Shown in pieces: positions 57,260 to 64,000 of a stretch of 64,000 bases of DNA. Within the stretch, counting starts at the first letter, position 1, and each line of letters begins with the position of its first letter. The notes under the pieces are model-generated. The model saw only the letters and a list, made by a program, of their open reading frames with translations. It was not told the origin of the DNA and searched no databases. The position numbers were made by a program, and so were the translations under genes. Source of the stretch: Candidatus Kaiserbacteria bacterium. GTDB taxonomy: Bacteria > Patescibacteriota > Minisyncoccia > Phycocordibacterales > UBA918. The stretch is from contig CP064968.1 in NCBI GenBank assembly GCA_016699245.1, positions 921,015 through 985,014 of the forward strand, in the 5' to 3' direction.

Positions 57260-57562
57260 TCAAGGGCCACCTGCTCCTCCAGTATCTATATAATCAGGAG
57301 TGATAACTGGTCCTCCACCAAAGCCAAATCCGTCCACAAATATATTTACAATTCCCCAAAGGCTCAGAATAATTACAAATGCCATGATTCCCCAAAGTGC
57401 AAGCGATTTTGCATTTTCGTGTTCTTTTTCATTTGCTCCTTCAATAATAAAGTATCGCACTATGTTCCAGAGGAAAACTAAAAAAGCAATAACGATAATA
57501 AAAGGCACTATCGTCTCGTTGAGAAAGGTAATTATATTAACTAAAAATGTTTGCAAATCCAT
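57260..57562 (-). CDS. Small two-TM membrane protein with Gly-rich C-terminus (pilin-like?)
   Basis: 100 aa, two hydrophobic helices, ...GFGFGGGPVITPDYIDTGGAGGP tail. Confidence 0.35.
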   Translation of the reverse strand: MDLQTFLVNIITFLNETIVPFIIVIAFLVFLWNIVRYFIIEGANEKEHENAKSLALWGIMAFVIILSLWGIVNIFVDGFGFGGGPVITPDYIDTGGAGGP

Positions 57563-57765
57563 GATGTTACTTATTATACACCCTCCTGTGGTGATAAAGA
57601 GAATGTTTTATACAGGGTAACGACAACGAAGCCCCATGTGCTTCCATCGATTCGGCAATCAAGATATAGACCGTCATGATGCATCTTTTTAGATTTTGAT
57701 TGCTCAAATGGCTAGTTTTTGATAGTATCGTATAACCTTTTCAAAAGGCTGTAGAAACCCCCGTC

Positions 57766-57838
57766 CGCGCTTAGCTCAGTTGGCTAGAGCATTCGACTGA
57801 TACTCGAAGGGTCCTAGGTTCAAATCCTAGAGCGCGGA
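57766..57838 (+). tRNA. tRNA-Ile (anticodon GAT)
   Basis: Perfect cloverleaf: acceptor ccgcgct/agcgcgg, D-arm gctc..gagc, anticodon loop CTGATAC, T-arm ctagg-ttcaaat-cctag. Downstream of 16S as in canonical operons. Confidence 0.85.
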
Positions 57839-57944
57839 CAGGGGTTTTTATGTGCCTAGGCATTTGATAATGAAGGGCCCTAGGTTGACCTAGTTTTTAA
57901 GGAGCCGACGAGGCGACTATAAAAACGGAAATACTCTTGTGGGA

Positions 57945-57964
57945 CAAATCCTAGAGCGCGGACA
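57945..57964 (+). repeat. 20-bp direct repeat of the tRNA-Ile 3' end (att-like remnant)
   Basis: caaatcctagagcgcggaca is identical to tRNA positions 57821-57840. A more degenerate partial copy lies at about 57880-57905. Confidence 0.6.
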
Positions 57965-58089
57965 AATTACGCAAACAATAAAATCTTCCTACAGAAGCTA
58001 GGTAGACTTATATGAGCGCTTGGTCCTAAAATCCATAGTGAAAGGATTTTAGGACTTGGCCTACTTTTTCATTATGAGAGGAAAAGTAG

Positions 58090-58145
58090 GCAGACCAGAA
58101 GTTATTGTCGCTACGCTCTGTAACTTCTAGGCCACTCAGAAAATA
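58090..58145. repeat. Second copy of the 12490-12545 repeat
   Basis: ggcagaccagaagttattgtcgctacgctctgtaacttctaggccac. Confidence 0.5.
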
Positions 58146-58236
58146 TAGTCGTTTCACTTCTTATTTTCTGGCCACAGGGGTTTTTATGTACCCGTACGTT
58201 TACCTGATAACGTGCTATGCACAGTGTAAAATATAA

Positions 58237-58893
58237 GTGCCATACTTTCGTAGTATTATTATGCATAATATGAATAATAATCACTCCGCATTGGATGTCT
58301 GTGTTCCTTTGCACGAAAATAAAAGTTTTTGCATACTGTTAACAGTAGCGTTTGCACTTGCACTCATTTCTTCTTTCATATTTTGGAATATATATGTAGT
58401 AGAGAGGAGTGATGAGCAGGGTATAGAAGGAATACCCGAGGCGCAGCAAACTACTCAAACAGAGGATACCACAACAACTCAGCAAGACTATTCGGTATAC
58501 CCTGAACGTGTCTTGACCGGAATGCTTGTTACTCTCTCACCAGATGTATCTTTTGTGCGAGTCTTAGTAAAAGATGAGGGTGTATACCTTATTGGACTTG
58601 GTCCGGAAACAAAAACAACAATAGATGGGTCTGATGCAAATATAAATACACTTAGTCTGATGTCTACAGTAAGTGTAACAGCATATGAAATTCCCGATAC
58701 TGAACCGTATGATTTTTTTGCAAAGAATATAACAGGGGGGAGTATTTCATCAACTAATACTAATGATTTAGGAACTATTTCTGCGACAAACACAGATCAA
58801 TTATCGGAAGAGGCACAATCCATGAATCCTGCAAATCAAGTGCAACCTGATACATTTATGAGAGCAAGTTCTCGCTCACCAATGAGTATATGA
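58237..58893 (+). CDS. Hypothetical N-terminally anchored protein (218 aa)
   Basis: TM helix near the N-terminus, Thr/Ser-rich. Confidence 0.45.
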   Translation: MPYFRSIIMHNMNNNHSALDVCVPLHENKSFCILLTVAFALALISSFIFWNIYVVERSDEQGIEGIPEAQQTTQTEDTTTTQQDYSVYPERVLTGMLVTLSPDVSFVRVLVKDEGVYLIGLGPETKTTIDGSDANINTLSLMSTVSVTAYEIPDTEPYDFFAKNITGGSISSTNTNDLGTISATNTDQLSEEAQSMNPANQVQPDTFMRASSRSPMSI

Positions 58894-58924
58894 AATGTAC
58901 ATGAAGTTTTATTAAATCATTTTT

Positions 58925-61354
58925 GTGTTAAGTATGCGACATATATTCTCTAGCTTCATCTTACTTGGAGTGCTTACCCCAATTTTTTTTGCTACTGCAG
59001 CATTACCTTGGGGGAATTACGGATGGCTGGGACTCGCGACAGCTGATATGGGACCTAAGAGTCCCACTTGTCCTCCTGGTTCTACGCAGGAGGAGTATAA
59101 AGTTGTGAACCTTAATACAGGAGTTCCCATATCGGGGCTTACTGGAATTGTTGATGTGTACAATAAAGCAACAGGGGTGAAAATATACTCGACTACAAGC
59201 ACAAGTTCTATACTTGGCCCCGTATGTTACAATCCTTTTAATCATAATGTTAACGTGATTGTCAACGGGGGTAGTTCATACTACGATTTTGATAATTATT
59301 ATAACTGGGAAACTCCAGCTTCAGTACCAACAACAAGACGTATGCAATCAACGGTGTGGCTCACACCAACGGCAGGCTCACCACAAAAGGAGTATAGGCA
59401 CTTTAGTCCAATCGGCGGTGCAACATCAACCAGTCCAATTTATACTATTGATACAACACGTATACCGAATTTGCTTGGGGCCAACGCTTTTCACAGTGTT
59501 TTCTTTGCGATAGCAAAGTATGATGAAGGTACGGGCCTGTGGCCTGATGTTTTCACTCAAAAGTTTCCTTTGAGTGGAGGTGTAGGAATTAAAACAATTC
59601 CCCGACAAACATTACCGGGTGACGGTTATTACGAGTTTTATTACTACCTATATCTTAATGGTCAGTCGAGTGCTGTCCCGGGTTTTACTTCTCTTCATCA
59701 ACCCACTTCAGGACACTCTGGTCATGTTGAGTCATTTGCATACGATAAAACTCCGCCAGGAGTGACGTCGATTAACCATACACCTCTATCGGTGTCTGAT
59801 ACTGATACGGTTGAAATTACTGGAATAACAGAAGACCTTTTGGCTGGCGTCGTTGAAATAATTCTCTATTTGGACGGTGCTGTTCTGAAAACGTGTTCAT
59901 GGGGCACACCAGGTATAGGTGGTGTCAATAGTGCCCAGTGTGTTGCAGATGCAGGTACCTTTGCAGCAGGGACTACACACGAATATTACCTTGTAAGTAC
60001 AGATGCAGCGGGTGTAGTATCCACAAGCGTGACAAAGTCATTTACAGTTGTTGGAACACCGCTTCCTAATATTGTCGTATCCTCAGTTTCACCGATAAAT
60101 GCGTTTTCAGTAGCGGATGCGGTACCGAACGTTCTCTTCTCAGGTACTGTCCAAAACATAGGTACAACTTTTGTAGCAGAGGGTGGTTGGGCTGACCTGG
60201 AAATTGATTGGGATTCCGATGGAGGCAGTATGGGTACCGGAGGAGACACATTTGACAACAACTATAGCGCCTTTGGTGGTTTGAAGTTGGGTGCGTTTGC
60301 ACTCCTTGATCAAAAAGTGATAACGCATGATGTGCTTAATCCGCCTGTTGGAACGCACCGGTATCGCTTTACTGCAGATGTTGCCAATGAACTTACTGAA
60401 TCTGATGAAAATGATAATCACTCAGCGTGGAGAACATTTACTGTGGAAACTCCATTAAATCAATGCACAGGAACAACCCCTACTTCTGCACAGGCATGCT
60501 CGGCTACGTTACCAGTGGGCTCAGTGCCTTACGCGGTCGTGGACAGATGTTCTGATCTAACCAATCCTTCAATGTGCATGTATGAGTGTGTCTCTGGATA
60601 TGTTAAGGATGCTGGTGGTACATGTATAGTTCTCAATCAATGCACAGGAACAACCCCTACTTCTGCACAGGCATGCTCGGCTACGTTACCAGTGGGCTCA
60701 GTGCCTTACGCGGTCGTGGACAGATGTTCTGATCTAACCAATCCTTCAATGTGCATGTATGAGTGTGTATCTGGATATGTTAAGGATGCTGGTGGTACAT
60801 GTATAGTTCTCAATCAATGCACAGGAACAACCCCTACTTCTGCACAGGCATGCTCGGCTACACCGCCAAGTGGCTTTGCACCATACATGGTCGTGGACAA
60901 ATGTTCTGATTGGGCGAGTCCTTCGATGTGCATCTATGAGTGCTTGGCAGGGTATATTAAAGATGGAGGTGGCGTATGTCAGCTCACGCAGTGTAACGAT
61001 GGGATTGATAACTCAGATACAGAAGATGTACTCATCGATATGGCCGATGCAGGGTGTGCAAACATAAATGATGATGACGAATCAGACTTTGCACCGGTGC
61101 TTACGGCACCATCACGAGTGGTGGATGAAGGAGACCCAATTACCCTTTCATGGGATACCAATAACGGCAATGAATCACTATGTACCCTTGTGGGGCCTGG
61201 AATTGTGGGGAATCCGCTTTCTCCATCGACTGGCGACCCTGAGTTAGGAAATTACACAGTAAATATATATGGACTCAGTATTTATACACTCACCTGTGGT
61301 GCGCAAAGTGTTAAACTAAAAATCGAGCTTACTCCAAGAGGGTGGGATAGTTAG
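58925..61354 (+). CDS. Large secreted protein with three tandem Cys-rich repeat modules
   Basis: Signal peptide, 809 aa. LNQCTGTTPTSAQACSAT...CSD...PSMC.YEC..GY.KD.GG.C appears x3. Confidence 0.6.
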   Translation: MLSMRHIFSSFILLGVLTPIFFATAALPWGNYGWLGLATADMGPKSPTCPPGSTQEEYKVVNLNTGVPISGLTGIVDVYNKATGVKIYSTTSTSSILGPVCYNPFNHNVNVIVNGGSSYYDFDNYYNWETPASVPTTRRMQSTVWLTPTAGSPQKEYRHFSPIGGATSTSPIYTIDTTRIPNLLGANAFHSVFFAIAKYDEGTGLWPDVFTQKFPLSGGVGIKTIPRQTLPGDGYYEFYYYLYLNGQSSAVPGFTSLHQPTSGHSGHVESFAYDKTPPGVTSINHTPLSVSDTDTVEITGITEDLLAGVVEIILYLDGAVLKTCSWGTPGIGGVNSAQCVADAGTFAAGTTHEYYLVSTDAAGVVSTSVTKSFTVVGTPLPNIVVSSVSPINAFSVADAVPNVLFSGTVQNIGTTFVAEGGWADLEIDWDSDGGSMGTGGDTFDNNYSAFGGLKLGAFALLDQKVITHDVLNPPVGTHRYRFTADVANELTESDENDNHSAWRTFTVETPLNQCTGTTPTSAQACSATLPVGSVPYAVVDRCSDLTNPSMCMYECVSGYVKDAGGTCIVLNQCTGTTPTSAQACSATLPVGSVPYAVVDRCSDLTNPSMCMYECVSGYVKDAGGTCIVLNQCTGTTPTSAQACSATPPSGFAPYMVVDKCSDWASPSMCIYECLAGYIKDGGGVCQLTQCNDGIDNSDTEDVLIDMADAGCANINDDDESDFAPVLTAPSRVVDEGDPITLSWDTNNGNESLCTLVGPGIVGNPLSPSTGDPELGNYTVNIYGLSIYTLTCGAQSVKLKIELTPRGWDS
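60463..60990 (+). repeat. Tandem 176-bp repeat x3 inside the 58925 gene (units 1 and 2 differ by 1 nt, unit 3 diverged)
   Basis: Units start at 60463, 60639 and 60815, each beginning aatcaatgcacaggaacaacccctacttctgcacaggcatgctcggcta. Confidence 0.75.
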
Positions 61355-61414
61355 GAATGACTGTTATCATAAAACCCTCCGTAGCGTCGCTGCGGAGGGT
61401 TTTATGATTATTTG

Positions 61415-61630
61415 CTATTCTCCCTTTGATGTACTAATCGGTGACGTACTTGCCTCCTGTTGTGCCCCCATCTCATTAATCTTTTGTTCAAGGCGCTCTA
61501 CGCCATCACCGATGTCTGCAAGTTGTTCTTGCATGCGGGTGGTGAGTGAGTACGTAAAAAAAGCGAAACCAACGACGGTAATCCACGCAATGTAGGGAAA
61601 GTACTTCGATGACTCAATTGAATTATTCAT
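61415..61630 (-). CDS. Small hypothetical membrane protein
   Basis: One TM helix, coiled tail. Start chosen at an internal Met. Confidence 0.3.
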   Translation of the reverse strand: MNNSIESSKYFPYIAWITVVGFAFFTYSLTTRMQEQLADIGDGVERLEQKINEMGAQQEASTSPISTSKGE

Positions 61631-61683
61631 ATACGTACAGTATACAGTACCGCCACCTAGCTTTGTATACATACTGTTGAGGA

Positions 61684-62082
61684 TTATAGTACATGAAAAT
61701 TGAAACGTGCATTGAGTATGAAGCTCAAAGTGCCGATAACACCTGCCACGAGAGTGCGGCTCACTACGAGTGGTAGTGCAAAGGTGTCAACAAGGAGTGT
61801 TGTACTGTATGCGATACCCGTACCTGCAGCGAGTGCAACAAGGATAAAGAAAAAGTATCCACGAAGTGGTCGAGTAGTGGTACCAGCAAATGCCCAGTGA
61901 TAAGAGATGCTGTAGTTGATGCTGATGGCAATAAGGAATCCGATAAAGATTGTGCCAAAAAGTGGCAGGGGAGTGTACGTGGTAAGTGTATACACAATGA
62001 GAAGGTCGAATAGATAGGTACCCACACCCACTACACCGTAGCGGTATCCGCGAAGAAAGAGATTGTGGAGAAACGGAGACAT
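61684..62082 (-). CDS. GtrA-family polysaccharide-synthesis membrane protein
   Basis: 132 aa, 4 TM helices, N-terminal YG.VG..TY..D..I pattern typical of GtrA-like proteins. Confidence 0.55.
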   Translation of the reverse strand: MSPFLHNLFLRGYRYGVVGVGTYLFDLLIVYTLTTYTPLPLFGTIFIGFLIAISINYSISYHWAFAGTTTRPLRGYFFFILVALAAGTGIAYSTTLLVDTFALPLVVSRTLVAGVIGTLSFILNARFNFHVL

Positions 62083-62140
62083 TACTTCGAGTGTATCACA
62101 GGAGGATGACCATGCCCGTGCTCCATGTTATGATGCAAAT

Positions 62141-63526
62141 ATGATTGACCCTAAAGAGTATTTTAAAGATAAAAAGATAACAGTAATGGGCTTGGGCCTT
62201 CTTGGTCGGGGAGTGGGCGACACCGCTTTTTTGGCAGAGTGTGGGGCCGATATTATTGTGACTGACATGAAGTCGGGTGAGCAACTTGCGGAATCACTTG
62301 AGAAACTGGCTATATACTCCAATATCACCTATGCGCTCGGCGGGCACAAAGACGCAGACTTTCTTGGACGAGATATGATTCTGAAAGCAGCCGGTGTGCC
62401 ACTTGATTCTTCATTCGTCGCACTCGCGCGAAAAGATGACGCAGAAATTGCGATGAGTGGGGCGCTCTTTGCTAAACTTTCAGGAATTCCAGTTATTGGC
62501 GTGACGGGTACACGAGGGAAATCGACAGTAACCCATATGATTCACCATGTGCTTTCACACGTGACTGAGGGTACTCCAGTACTGCTTGGGGGTAATGTGC
62601 GAGGCGTTTCTAATTTGCAGTTGCTCAAGGAGGTAACTGAAGACTCGATTGCAGTAATGGAGCTTGACTCATGGCAGTTGCAGGGCTTTGGGGAACTCAG
62701 TTTCAGTCCTCAGATATCGGTCTTTACCAATTTCATGGAGGACCACATGAATTATTATAAAGGAAACATGGGAGCGTATTTTGCTGACAAGGCAAATATT
62801 TTTATGTATCAAGATGAGCCGGATACGTTGGTAACGACGCAAGAAGTCCTAAATAGTGCAGAAGTGTTTGCCCGAGAAAAAGGTTTTGAGTTGGTACAGG
62901 ACATACGACTTGTTGATGCGTCAATCCTTCCCGATGATTGTCTCCTTACGATGCCGGGCGAGCATAATCGCCTCAATGCAGCACTTGCACTTGAAGCACT
63001 TAAAGCAACAGGGCTTACCGACGATGAGATTTTTGAGGGACTCACCACATTCCCTGGGGTACCAGGAAGACTTGAGTATTTGGGAGAAATAAAAGGAGTA
63101 AAAATATACAATGACAACAATGCGACGACACCGACTGCGGTAGTGCGAGGAATTGAGGCGGTAGCCAATCCGACAACAGGCGTAAAGAACGTGATTCTTA
63201 TTTGTGGCGGCGCATATAAAGACGTAGACCCCAATGTGCTTGTGGTGCCAATCGAAAAATATTGCAAGCAGGTGATATTCCTTCCGGGAACAGGAACCGA
63301 CAAACTCATAGAATCCCTCGACACTATTCCGGTTAACCGGAATAGTGTCGAGGGTGTGACGGGGATTGAGATGCTTGAAAGTGCGGTGAAAGCCGGCCTC
63401 GCCGTAGGCGAGGCCGGTGATGTATTTCTCTTTTCTCCGGGCTTCGCTTCTTTTGGCTTGTTTGTGAATGAGTACGAGCGCAACGACCAGTTTGTTGAGA
63501 TAATAAAGTCGTATGAAACTGAGTGA
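62141..63526 (+). CDS. murD: UDP-N-acetylmuramoyl-L-alanine--D-glutamate ligase
   Basis: N-terminal KITVMGLGLLGRG (Rossmann); GVTGTRGKSTVTHMIHHVL (Mur ligase P-loop); C-terminal LFSPGFASF. Confidence 0.8.
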   Translation: MIDPKEYFKDKKITVMGLGLLGRGVGDTAFLAECGADIIVTDMKSGEQLAESLEKLAIYSNITYALGGHKDADFLGRDMILKAAGVPLDSSFVALARKDDAEIAMSGALFAKLSGIPVIGVTGTRGKSTVTHMIHHVLSHVTEGTPVLLGGNVRGVSNLQLLKEVTEDSIAVMELDSWQLQGFGELSFSPQISVFTNFMEDHMNYYKGNMGAYFADKANIFMYQDEPDTLVTTQEVLNSAEVFAREKGFELVQDIRLVDASILPDDCLLTMPGEHNRLNAALALEALKATGLTDDEIFEGLTTFPGVPGRLEYLGEIKGVKIYNDNNATTPTAVVRGIEAVANPTTGVKNVILICGGAYKDVDPNVLVVPIEKYCKQVIFLPGTGTDKLIESLDTIPVNRNSVEGVTGIEMLESAVKAGLAVGEAGDVFLFSPGFASFGLFVNEYERNDQFVEIIKSYETE

Positions 63527-64000
63527 TATTCAAAAAGTACATTTTGTGGGTATTGGGGGTATTGGTATGTCGGCGTTAGCACGACTTTTTCTTCATGAGA
63601 AAAAGCAGGTGAGTGGCTCTGATCGCACGGTGTCAGATATCATCCGTGCACTCAGTGAAGAAGGTGTACAGATTTTTGATGAGCAGCGAGAGAGTAATGT
63701 AACTCCCGATATTGACCTTCTTATATATACCGAAGCAATGTCCCATGACCATGAGGAGCTTAAGCGCGCTCGCGCACTTGGGATCATCACTATCAATTAT
63801 TTTGATGCACTTGGCATGGTGGCTAACGAATACTACCTCATTGCGGTTGCGGGGAGTCACGGGAAGACCACCACCACCGCGATGCTTATTGATATTTTTG
63901 AAGCAGCGGGCTTTGATCCGAGTGGCGTCGTGGGTTCACTTCGCGCAAAGACCAAAAGCAACTATCGCGCGGGGAAGAGTAAGTATTTTATTGTCGAGGC
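63513..64000 (+). CDS. murC: UDP-N-acetylmuramate--L-alanine ligase, N-terminal part (3' end lies outside the window)
   Basis: VHFVGIGGIGMSALARLF...AVAGSHGKTTTTAMLIDIF matches MurC N-terminal and ATP-binding motifs. Confidence 0.8.
   Translation, partial: MKLSDIQKVHFVGIGGIGMSALARLFLHEKKQVSGSDRTVSDIIRALSEEGVQIFDEQRESNVTPDIDLLIYTEAMSHDHEELKRARALGIITINYFDALGMVANEYYLIAVAGSHGKTTTTAMLIDIFEAAGFDPSGVVGSLRAKTKSNYRAGKSKYFIVE

Noticed and set aside
56660-57481. ORFs in the 16S-tRNA spacer (89, 73 and 162 aa)
   Set aside because: They overlap a perfect palindrome or are low-complexity. More likely non-coding spacer than genes.
60463-60990. Possible diversity-generating retroelement target (template/variable repeats)
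   Set aside because: No reverse transcriptase nearby, and differences between repeat units are not adenine-specific. It is a plain tandem duplication.
62809-63582. 257-aa minus-strand ORF
   Set aside because: Antisense to murD, which has clear Mur-ligase motifs. The ORF is low-complexity and Ser/Pro-rich.

Overview
This window looks like a chromosomal segment of a small-genome bacterium, probably a Candidate Phyla Radiation (Patescibacteria)-type organism. It is about 47% GC and uses the standard genetic code, with intact genes ending in TAA, TAG and TGA.

Core content:
- Translation and replication genes are present and mostly intact: MetRS 3' end, tatD, rpsF-ssb-rpsR, efp, a sigma-70 family factor, rplJ-rplL, pyrH.
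- recA, ftsK, a vWA protein, rodA/ftsW, a GT4 glycosyltransferase, a WbaP-like sugar transferase, an NAD-dependent epimerase, folD and secDF are recognisable, but every one carries at least one frameshift.
- Cell-wall genes murD and murC close the window.
- There is a 23S-tRNA-5S block on the + strand. The 23S is interrupted by three insertions (group-I-intron-like), one of which encodes a LAGLIDADG homing endonuclease.
- The 16S gene lies about 19 kb downstream of 5S on the same strand, so the rRNA genes are unlinked. It is followed by tRNA-Ile(GAT). Its 3' end appears to lack the canonical CCUCC anti-Shine-Dalgarno.

Accessory content:
- HigB/HigA-like and DUF4258/DUF2283 toxin-antitoxin pairs.
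- A roughly 7 kb low-GC island (17.2-24.6 kb) with a MazF-like toxin, repeated hairpin and promoter cassettes, a 913-aa secreted LCAT-like lipase and membrane proteins.
- A high-GC island (50.9-54.7 kb) of secreted proteins and lipoproteins, including an L,D-transpeptidase. These genes carry strong Shine-Dalgarno motifs; the core genes do not.
- A three-copy MITE-like element with terminal inverted repeats.

Likely artefacts:
- Three poly-G tracts, one about 1 kb long, are almost certainly assembly or sequencing artefacts. The poly-Pro and poly-Gly ORFs over them are not genes.
- The many frameshifts may be assembly indels or genuine pseudogenes; the sequence alone cannot tell.
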